Below, piece after piece: positions 29,901 to 38,639 of a stretch of DNA of 64,000 nt. The translations under genes and the position numbers were made by a program. How positions within the stretch are numbered: the stretch's first letter is position 1; each line of letters opens with the position of its first letter. The notes beneath the pieces are model-generated. The model did no database searches. It was not told where the DNA came from and saw nothing but the letters and a program-made list of their open reading frames with translations. This stretch comes from a virus. Location: the IMG/VR virus record IMGVR_UViG_3300038468_000190, positions 64,001 through 128,000 of that record, one strand, 5' to 3'.

Positions 29901-31774
29901 CCGTCCCCTCGGAGCCGAGTGACTCCGAGGCTTTGCGGTGCGGTTTGCGAGCGGTGCAGATCGTCGGCTCTGCACTCGGCCGTAACTCGTGGAAGTTGTT
30001 CGTCGTCGGCTCTCGCGTCGCTGGACCTCTCGAATGGGCTAGGGTGATCGATAGCATTCGGCCCCGAAGGGCCATCCGGTTGGTTCGCGGCGCCGGTAAT
30101 GGCTCCGTTCCCCGTTCCACGCTTGTGGCGTGTCCGGTTCCGAGGGCGATCCGGCGGCGTGGAGGCCGAAGCCTCCTCCGCCGTGGTTCCGGTTCCACTC
30201 GGCATTGTCCGAAGGGCGGAGCCCTCCGGGTTTCCCCCGGCGAGTCCCGCCGGAGTTACTGGTGCGCCCGAAGGCGACCTGTAGTCTCGAAGATTCTTGG
30301 CGCTGTTCACTTCGCGGTCCTCGGTGTGGCCGCACGCGGGGCAGTGGAAATCCGGGTAGCCCGGATCCGTGTCCCTGACGTTACCGCACACCGAGCAGCG
30401 CCGCGAGCTCGCGAATTCTTTCTCCGCGAACTCCGTCGTGCCGCCGGCCCATCCCTGCTTGTATTCGATGCGCCGGCGGATGTCGCCCATGCGGGCAAAC
30501 TGCACCCAGCCCGAGACGCGCTTTCGCGTCTGCTCGCCCGCCTCGGTTTTGCCGGCACGGGCCTTCATGTCCGCCACGAACGCGTCCCTCATGACGAGCG
30601 TCCCGGCGCCCGTGTCGACGACGGCGCGCGCGGCGCGGCCGGCAATGTAATCGCGGAGCTCGGTCGCGCGGCGCGAGTAGAGCGCCGCCTGAGCCTTGGC
30701 CCGGCGCCAGCCGTTCGACTGGATGCGGTCTTTGCGCGGAGTGGTCTTCGGGTAGGCCTTGTGCCGGCGCGCCATGCGCCGCTGCCAGAGCGCGATCTTC
30801 CGCTCGTAGGCCGCGAGGCGCTTCTCTTCTCGGATGCCGACGATGTCCACCTCGCCGCCGCTCGTCACGACGAGATGCCGGACGCCGACCTCGACGCCGA
30901 CGCGCTTGTCCGTCCGCGTCACGGGTCGCTCCCGGAGGGCTCTGCCGGCTCCACGGGGCCCAGGACTCGGCCGCGGCACAGTCCCCCTGAGCGAGACGTA
31001 CCAGCGCCCGCCCCATTCGCGAAGGCCGACGGCGGAGCACTGCCCGCCCCCTATGAACCGATGCGAACCCTCCTCGGTCGACGGAAGATAGCCGCGCTCC
31101 TTGAGCTTCACCCAGCCGACGCCTGGGATCTTGATCGCCCGCTCCGTCACGCGAAGCGCGCTCGGCTGGTCGGCGTGCCAGCGGCGGTTATCGCCGGACC
31201 GAAAGCGGGGCTCTCCGAGTTCGCAGCCGGGCGCTCCGCGGCGAGCGTCACACTCGGAGTGATCGCCGCGCGCGTGCTTCTTCAGCCGGCGCCAGAAGTG
31301 CTTGTAGGCATTGCCGACGTCGGCGGCCGCTTCCCGAACGGCGAAGGCACTCACCTCCGTCAGCCAGCGGAGCTCGGCCGAAGCGTGCTTAACCGCCGTG
31401 AGCTCCTTGTGCAGGGCATCGGCGTTCGGCATGGACTCGGGCTCCGCGTACGGGAGCCTCACCTGAAACTTCCAGAGCGTCCGTGGCGCCGCGCCGCGCT
31501 TGGCGCGCTTGGCCAGGCGCTCCGCGGGCTCTCCGAAGACGAGGGCGTGAAGGCCGAGCCCGAGCCACCACGCGGCGAGCCCGGTAGCGTGATCGAAGCC
31601 GGCAAGGGCCCGAAGGCCGCTAGCGACAGAGTAGATGCCGTACTCGGCGCGCCAGCGCTCGAGAGTCCAGTTGTACGCCACGCGTGCCGCTGCGATGTGC
31701 CGCGCGAGCAGGCGCCGTTGCTCGACAGTGGGGTCGAGCTCGGTGCGGTAGGCGCGATCGATCATGTCGGTCAT
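29882..31774 (-). CDS. TnpB/Cas12f-like RNA-guided protein with substituted RuvC triad (predicted nuclease-dead), CRISPR-adjacent
   Basis: AYRTELDPT.EQ...ARVAYNW N-terminus, PRFR, IKIPGVGWVKL, WYVS, GVEVG (RuvC-I), VMRD (RuvC-II), IEYK..W.G, SSRRCSVCG/CPACG zinc finger, DREVNSAKNL (RuvC-III). Confidence 0.9.
   Translation of the reverse strand: MTDMIDRAYRTELDPTVEQRRLLARHIAAARVAYNWTLERWRAEYGIYSVASGLRALAGFDHATGLAAWWLGLGLHALVFGEPAERLAKRAKRGAAPRTLWKFQVRLPYAEPESMPNADALHKELTAVKHASAELRWLTEVSAFAVREAAADVGNAYKHFWRRLKKHARGDHSECDARRGAPGCELGEPRFRSGDNRRWHADQPSALRVTERAIKIPGVGWVKLKERGYLPSTEEGSHRFIGGGQCSAVGLREWGGRWYVSLRGTVPRPSPGPRGAGRALRERPVTRTDKRVGVEVGVRHLVVTSGGEVDIVGIREEKRLAAYERKIALWQRRMARRHKAYPKTTPRKDRIQSNGWRRAKAQAALYSRRATELRDYIAGRAARAVVDTGAGTLVMRDAFVADMKARAGKTEAGEQTRKRVSGWVQFARMGDIRRRIEYKQGWAGGTTEFAEKEFASSRRCSVCGNVRDTDPGYPDFHCPACGHTEDREVNSAKNLRDYRSPSGAPVTPAGLAGGNPEGSALRTMPSGTGTTAEEASASTPPDRPRNRTRHKRGTGNGAITGAANQPDGPSGPNAIDHPSPFERSSDARADDEQLPRVTAECRADDLHRSQTAPQSLGVTRLRGDGSEGLR
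29901..30285 (-). ncRNA. Candidate structured RNA (omegaRNA/tracr/leader-like) overlapping the effector 3' end
   Basis: At least six hairpins, three with cUUCGg loops on the - strand. Confidence 0.5.
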
Positions 31775-31776
31775 GG

Positions 31777-32028
31777 TCAAGGGGTCTTCGGGACGGCGCA
31801 CTCGATGATAAGGGCGTTCGGGGACTCGCGGTAGGTGCAGGCGCGGGCGTTCGGGGAGGGCTTGGGACCGTCGCCGATGGTCCAGTGAGCCAGGAGGCAG
31901 AAGCCGACAAATGCGACGGCGCCCAAAAGCCAGAGGAATGGCCCGGGGACGCCCTTACGCGCGGCGACGATCACGCCGACCGTACACACGATGGAGAGCG
32001 CGACGTTCATGTGCTCGAAGAACGTCAC
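31777..32028 (-). CDS. Small two-helix membrane protein
   Basis: GTGA overlap with HD gene; stop 2 nt before effector ATG. Confidence 0.6.
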   Translation of the reverse strand: MTFFEHMNVALSIVCTVGVIVAARKGVPGPFLWLLGAVAFVGFCLLAHWTIGDGPKPSPNARACTYRESPNALIIECAVPKTP

Positions 32029-32939
32029 GGCGCCTTGCCTTTCACGAGCTCGAGGAGGCGCTGGGAGTTGTGCTCGAGCTCGAGCAGGCGCAGGGCGTTG
32101 TGCTCGTAGAGGAAGGCGATGTCCTTCTCGAAGAGCGGTATCGCCACGCGCGGCTGCGCTGCGCTGGGCGGATCCTGAAGTGCCGCTCCCAGAGGAAACC
32201 GGCAGACCGCAGGCCATCGCTCGTCGTTGATGTGCTCCGGAAGCATCATCGCCGGCACGAGCCCGAACGACCCGTCCAAAATCTCGGGATACGGCTCGAC
32301 GCCAGCCGGCCAGTTCTCGTCACGCGTGTTCGGCATGAGAACGGGACAGCGCCGCTCCGTCTCGCGCATCCGCTGGTCGACCCTGCCGACGATGCGCCCA
32401 TGCGGAGCGCGGAGTAGATGGAGCCCGAAGTGCGAGCGGATAGCCTGGGCGACGCCGCGCTCGATGTCGTCTAGCGGGGAGCGCCCGTCGTAGACTCCGC
32501 GGCTCCGTCGAAGCGTCGTTTTGAGAGGCCCGGACAGATCTCCGATGTACGCCTCCTGAGCGTCGTGAAGGAGCGCCTCGAGCTGGAGCGCGTAGTCGTC
32601 CGGATGCTCGAGGCTCACGACGAGCCACACCCAGAGCGAATGCTCAGCGACGGAGTAGCCCTTACCGGTGTGTCCGACGAAGCGGTTCAGGTGGGCGAGC
32701 GAGTGCGCAATATCCTTCAGGCGGACGTCGCCCGGCTTCGGGCTCAAGAGATCGAAGCCGACCCCACTGAACGTCTCGATGATGGTCATGGGCTTCGGCC
32801 GCGTCTCGGCGAGGAGCGCCTCCGCCGCCTCGCGCCAGGTGGCGAAGTCGTCGCCGCCGACCGTGAGGCCTTCCATGGGCGTGAGCTCCTCGAGAGCTGT
32901 CTCGAGAAGGTCGAGGGCGGTTTTGAGGTGGTCGGTCAT
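32025..32939 (-). CDS. HD-domain phosphohydrolase (YfbR/YfdR-like 5'-deoxynucleotidase)
   Basis: DIAHSL...NRF.GH, YSVAEHS, LLHDAQEAYIGD..GPLK. Confidence 0.85.
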   Translation of the reverse strand: MTDHLKTALDLLETALEELTPMEGLTVGGDDFATWREAAEALLAETRPKPMTIIETFSGVGFDLLSPKPGDVRLKDIAHSLAHLNRFVGHTGKGYSVAEHSLWVWLVVSLEHPDDYALQLEALLHDAQEAYIGDLSGPLKTTLRRSRGVYDGRSPLDDIERGVAQAIRSHFGLHLLRAPHGRIVGRVDQRMRETERRCPVLMPNTRDENWPAGVEPYPEILDGSFGLVPAMMLPEHINDERWPAVCRFPLGAALQDPPSAAQPRVAIPLFEKDIAFLYEHNALRLLELEHNSQRLLELVKGKAP

Positions 32940-34794
32940 CGGTGATAGTTCGCGAAGTCTCGAATGGCCCTCCGGAGCATGACCCCCTCGAGCCCGCAAT
33001 GGCCGCACGTGTCGGCGAGGGTCGCGTCGGACGCGTATCCTGCGAGCGCCCGCAAAAACCTCTGGAGCATGCGAAGGTGGTCGATGAAGCTGTGGTAGGT
33101 GTTCGTGATGTCCCGGAGTTCCTGGACCTGACGGTCGATGCTCCGCGCGAAGTCGGTCTTGTGATCCTCGTACTGGGGATCGAAGTCGGTGGGGCCGGGG
33201 CGGCTCATGACTCGAGGCTCTGTTTAAATGCCGCGAGACGCTTCCGGTCCTGCATCTTAAAGCGGCGTATTTCGACGCTGGGCGCCACCGAGCGGAGAAG
33301 CGCCTCGGCTTCTTTCATTCGGCCATCGAGCACTCTGGCGGCGCCCATCGTGCCCCGTCGCCAAGTCTGCACGCACCTCATCAGCGCCACGAACAGCGCT
33401 CGGCGCTCTACCTTGATGTCCGGGTCCACCTCGGGCTCGCCGCTACCAGGGGCCGCGTACGAGTCAGGGTCGATCGCGGTGCTCAGCAGGGAGTACGCCT
33501 CCTGCGCAATCGTGAGAGTGCGGATATGCTCTTGCAGAAGTTCTGCCCGCGTTAGCCCCTCTAGCCATTCTCTCGAGTCGTCCGGATCGGCGGCGCCGCA
33601 CCAGAGCACCTTGGCAGCCTCACGCATTGCGTAGGCCAGATCGATCTCGGATAGAAGCTCGTGGGCCACGTCGTGAAAATCAACGCGGTCCACGCCATTT
33701 AGTTGGAGGATCGCATCCGCGAGCGCCTGCGCGTCGTCGGGCCTGCCGTAGTCGTCCAGCGTGACAGCTAGTCCGTTGGTGTAGGCATTGTCGGCTTTGC
33801 GCTTGGTCGGCCGCAGCTGCACTTTCTTGGCCCGCCTGGTCTTCCTCATGTCTTGAATGCTTTCTCTGCTCGCCGCCTCCGGAGCTCGTGGGCGCGAGCC
33901 CAGCCCGAGTCCGTGAGCCAGAACCTCGGATTCGCCCCCGTGCCGCGCCACTCGAGAAGCCCCGCGGCGACCAAGTCGTCGACCGCGTCCCAGTCGTCGT
34001 GTCCCTGGATCTGCGATCCATCGCGGAGCGTCGTCGAGTACTTGCCCGACCAGGTCCCGCCGCTCGGCACCATGAACTGTGGATGGCGTTCGGGGTTACA
34101 GCTCAGGCGTCGAAGGTCCGGGTATCCCCTACTGTCGACACACACGGTCTCGATGTAGAGAACCAGGCTGTCGTGGTTTTTCCCGAACAACTCCGGCAGG
34201 ACTCGATCGATCCTGTCCGGGGGCGCTTGTCGGCGCTCCATCGTGGTAGCTCCTTGTTGTAGGAGCGAGCCTACTCGTCTCGGTCGGCCCGCGCAAACTC
34301 TTGGACGTCCCTCCAGAACCGTTTAGTCACCGGATCGGTCGAGGCCCGGATGATTTTCTCGCACTCCAGGTCGAAGCCCTCCGGATCCGTGAGGAGGATC
34401 GTCCGTAGCTCGTCGGCCGTCACACGGGCGGAGGAGGGGTCTCTCGCCAAGCGGGTATCCATAAGTGTGGCCGGAAAGTGGGCCGGCTGGGAAGGGGGGA
34501 AGGGATGTTCAGAGGGTGTAGTAGTTCTCGATGAGCTCGAGGAGCCGGCGTCGCCAGTCGATGGGAGCAAGGAGCCACGTCTCCCCTCCGGGCGCCGAGC
34601 CCATGTCGTAGAGCGCCTCGTGGATGCGGCGCGCCAAAAGGTGCGGATCGGGAAGCCTGTGTGCCTCGAGCCGCTCTACCTTCGCGTGGAGCTCCGCAAT
34701 GATCCGCTTGTCGAAGGCCGCCTCCTCGCGGAGCGTCTTGTTCTCGAGCTCGAGAGCCCTGAGCCGGCGCTCTCGCTCTGCGTCGGGGGTCGTG

Positions 34795-35574
34795 TCAATC
34801 ACCGGAAACCTCGCGGGGCATACAGAGCAGGGTCTCAGCCTCGCCTACGGCGTTTAGCCCCTCCTGGTCGAGCACGGGACCGAGGTGGCCGGTGTGGCGG
34901 ATCTCCTGAATCGTGTGCGTCTTGTCGAGAAGGAGCATGTACTCCTCGCTGAGAGAGCCGTGGTGCTCGAGAAAGAGGATCGGCTTCTGCCCGAGCAGGA
35001 GCCCCGCTCCGCGGAGGACTTCATGCTCGTGCCCCTCGACGTCGATCTTGATGATCGCTCCACGGGCGTCGCAAGCCGGGGTCACATCGCTGTTGCCCAT
35101 GACCATGAAGTCGAGCGTCTCTCCGCGGACGCTCACGGTTTGCGCTCCACCGCGGGTCTGCTCTACGGTCCCGCCGCCGAGCTCGTGGTCGCGATACGAG
35201 AGGACCAGAGCCGCGGGCTCCTGCGTCGCTGCGCACTGAAACGTCGTTACGCGGCGCCTGTAACCGTTGACGTCAAGAGTCTTTTGCAGGAGCCCGTAGA
35301 GGCGAGGATGCGGCTCGATGGCGACGACCCGCCGGTCGCCGATACGGCATCCTAGCAAGGTGTACCAACCGAAGTTCGCGCCGACGTCGATGAGCGGCCC
35401 CGTCGGATACCGGCGGAGCGCCGATGCAAAAGCGCTCGTGACCCAGGGCTCCCAGTCGCCCTCGGTCAAGAGGTGCGGCGCGAGCGAGGTGTCGCGGGTG
35501 TCGACGTAGATCTTGTCGCCGTGCCGCGTCGTCGTGAGCGCGGTGAAGTCGCCGCAGTAGTGGGAAATGTTCAT
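34795..35574 (-). CDS. FkbM-family methyltransferase
   Basis: WEP, IDVGANFGWY, AIEP, KIDVEGHE..VL.G. Confidence 0.9.
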   Translation of the reverse strand: MNISHYCGDFTALTTTRHGDKIYVDTRDTSLAPHLLTEGDWEPWVTSAFASALRRYPTGPLIDVGANFGWYTLLGCRIGDRRVVAIEPHPRLYGLLQKTLDVNGYRRRVTTFQCAATQEPAALVLSYRDHELGGGTVEQTRGGAQTVSVRGETLDFMVMGNSDVTPACDARGAIIKIDVEGHEHEVLRGAGLLLGQKPILFLEHHGSLSEEYMLLLDKTHTIQEIRHTGHLGPVLDQEGLNAVGEAETLLCMPREVSGD

Positions 35575-38060
35575 GGGGACTCCGGGGGTTTCGTTTCGGC
35601 CGAGGCAAGTAGCGCGTCCCTCCACGCTTCCCAGGCTCGGAGCTGCACCGAGACGAGGTTCAGCATGGGCAAGAGCTGCTTGATCCAGGCCTGGTGTTTT
35701 CTGAGCGTCTCGTAGTGGATGTCCAGGCGCTGCTCGTTGGCGTGCTGCCAGTAGAGGAGCGCGACCGTGTTGAAGAGCGACGCGAGGAAGGTGACGAGCA
35801 GCATCCAGCTCATGGCAGGGGCTTTCTGGCTGGGGCCGGCGCGAGCGCGATCTCGTCGAGCAGGTGGGCGACGAGCATGAGGTCGTGCTCGTCGTCGGGG
35901 CGTACCGAGCGGCGCCTAGCCACCCGGCGGAAGCGTGTTGGCGCTCTGGTGGATTGCCACGCCCGCGAGCCCCGGCGCCTGGGTTTCGAGCAGGTGGGCG
36001 ACGAGGGCGACCTCGCGCGCATCGACCGGGCCGACCGACTGCCGCCGCGCCACGCGCTGCAGCGCAGTAGCGTTCTCGCGGATGGCAACGGCCCGTGACG
36101 GCGGGTGCGGGTTCATGGAGTGACTCCTTTCTCGCGGAGCGCGCGAGCCTCGTAGGGCTCCTCGGCGATGACGCGGAGCAAGCGCTCGGAGATGTCGACG
36201 TAGAAGGTCGACGCGACTTCGTAGAGCGACGGGCCTACCGGCAAGAGCCGGAGCTCGGTGCGTAGCGCTCCAGTAAAGATCGTCTGATCGCGGTCCCCGG
36301 TGATCGCGATGCGGCTCTCTGCCCAGGAGCCCACGATGGGATCCTTGCTCTTCGGCTCGAGGGGCCCGCCGGCGCATCCGGTCGCGAGGAGGAGCGCGAG
36401 CGCGAGCATGGCTCCGGACGCCCCCGGCCCGAACTCCATGAGGCCTTGCCCGTCTCCGAAGCGAGACGGATCGAGGTACTCACGGCGGTCGATGTTCACG
36501 ATGAGGAAGCGCTGCATGCATGCGACCGAGGGCGACTTGGTTCTGTGGTGCCGGCGAAACTCCGCCTCCAGGCGAGCACAGCATCCAGGAAGAAGTGCGC
36601 TCTGCCAGGATTGTCCCAAACGAAGGAGCCCTCGTTACTCACTAAGTCGTTGGCCGATTGCAGGACATCCTCTATCGCATCCCACTGCTCCTGGCGCAGC
36701 GACGTGGAGATTATTGCGTGCTCGTTCTTGGTTACCTGCTTTTTCTTGGTCAATGAGATCTTCCGTCTCGTGCCGCGGTGCGCACGGTTTCTGATTCGGG
36801 AATGCTTCACGTTTTTCCCTTAGTATTTTGTGGGGCTCCACCCACACGGTCCACTCGTGCGTTTTGCGATTCCTGTGCTGCCGCCTGCCAGTAGTGGCGC
36901 CCCAAGGCTTGCGAGAGCGACTCGGATGTCGCACCTGACTCGCACTGCGGGAGCCTCGCGAGCGAGTGGACTCCGTACTGTCCGGAGAACCGCGCCCCGA
37001 CCGAAGAGTCAGCCCGATGAATGACCCCATCGAGATAAGCATAGCGCTCTCCGAGTACGACGCCGTCGAGCATCGCGGCCATGTCACGAACCCAGTGATC
37101 AATGATCGTGACAGATGATTCCATTCCAAAACGCCTGATGTCACCGAGAGCGATCTCTCGGAGAGAGCACGGAGCCTCGACCGCCACCGCAAATGTGAAT
37201 GCCTTCCTACACGTCGTGCATGAAAAAAGCCAACCGCATCCGCACCAGGGGCAGTCCATTTGCATCGGGGCGGCGATCATCGCTTCTTCCGTCGGGCAGA
37301 CACAGAATGAAATCGGATGCGGTCCTGGGGCTCTTGTTAGGTAAAGACTTTTCTGGGTCAACGGATTGCCTCTTTCTTGTCAGGGTAGTTTCGGACAGCC
37401 GCCTTCTGATGCTTCACGGTACTCATGCGATTATTTTCTGCCCCGCTCACGTAGAAGTCGAATCCAAAAGTAGACAGCGGCGACCGGAATCGCCGCGAAC
37501 ATGATGAGCATGTGCGCGCGTGCGCTGAACCACGCAACCGTCCATTCGGACGTAAAAAGCACCATGCCCCAAACGAGAACCGTCATGACGGTCCAGACGA
37601 ACACGTTCGCCTCGAGCTTGTAGCGCTCGTTCTTGATCCACTGCCCGCACGTAGGGCATTGGGTCATAGAAGCAGGTGCGCGCCTGACCGGCTCCGTTGG
37701 AGTTGTCGTTTCCTGATGCTTCATGAGGGCTCCTTTGAACGTCCGTCGCTGGGAGTCATGGCTCGTTCGTCCACTTCTCGAGACGCCGCAGCCGCTCGAA
37801 CTCGAGATCGAGATGGCCGTTGTACTCGTAGTTGCAGCGGTACCCGTCCGGGAACCGGTACCAGACGACACCTACGTCAGATCGGTACTGGCGCCCGTCC
37901 GAAAGCTCGAGCTCGTGCTCCCCGTCGATTGTCCGGATAGCGATTGCCCTCGGAAGTCCCGTCGGGCGAGCCTGCCGCCGCGGCCATAGCTCGTAAAGCT
38001 CACGCGCGAAACTGCCGATTACGATCCCGGCGATGAGCGTGATAGCGGCAACCGACATGC

Positions 38061-38639
38061 CTACGTGCCCGCCTTGCAGTAGAACGACGTCTGTGACGGA
38101 CTGGTCGGGTACACGCAGCCGCACGCGTCGTCGCTCGTGCAGCACACACCGAAGCCGATGTTGCACGTCGTGTCGCAGACGACGCCGCCACAGCACGGGC
38201 CGTGAATGCACGGGTCTTCGACGTAGCCGCCGGTGCCCGCGCCGGCCGTTCCGCCTGCGCCTCCGGTCGCGCCGCCGGAGCCGATAAGCCCTCCTGTCGA
38301 AGCTCCGGCGCTCCCGCCCGTGTCGACCGTGGGAGCCCCGCCAGTCGCGCCCCCCGCCGCAGGGACGCCCGCGCTGCCTCCTGGCGAGGCGCCGCCCGTC
38401 GGTTGCAGGATGCCGCCGGTACCGGCTCCGCCTGTCGCGAGCGCTCCGGCAGTGCCGGCGCCGCCCGTGTCCGCGAGCGCGCCGCCCGTTTCGGGGGCGC
38501 CGCCGGTTTCTGGACTGCCGCCAGTGTCCGAGCCGCCGGTTTCTGTGGGGGCGCTCCCGGCGCCCGCGACGCCGGCCGCAGTCGAAAAGGCGTCGCTGCA
38601 GGCCACGCAGCCGAGCGCGACGACAATGAGGGTTCTCAC
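38061..38639 (-). CDS. Lipoprotein with TGG-repeat linker and Cys-rich tip
   Basis: VRTLIVVALGCVAC lipobox-like; repeated TGG; nine Cys in the last ~40 aa. Confidence 0.7.
   Translation of the reverse strand: MRTLIVVALGCVACSDAFSTAAGVAGAGSAPTETGGSDTGGSPETGGAPETGGALADTGGAGTAGALATGGAGTGGILQPTGGASPGGSAGVPAAGGATGGAPTVDTGGSAGASTGGLIGSGGATGGAGGTAGAGTGGYVEDPCIHGPCCGGVVCDTTCNIGFGVCCTSDDACGCVYPTSPSQTSFYCKAGT

Noticed and set aside
28697-29975. ORFs with repeated RPTVTDGVRQ or KAYGDGWRSS
   Set aside because: They are translations of CRISPR repeats, not proteins
29882-31774. Ordinary IS200/IS605 or IS607 insertion
   Set aside because: No transposase gene, no room for a left end (2 nt to the upstream stop), RuvC substituted, and an array follows
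29933-31834. 633-aa + strand ORF and other long Arg/Ala-rich overlapping ORFs
   Set aside because: Shadow frames expected at high GC; no motifs
32025-32939. HD protein as a Cas3-type nuclease of the CRISPR locus
   Set aside because: Motifs match YfbR/YfdR-like nucleotidases common in phages; no helicase or Cascade genes
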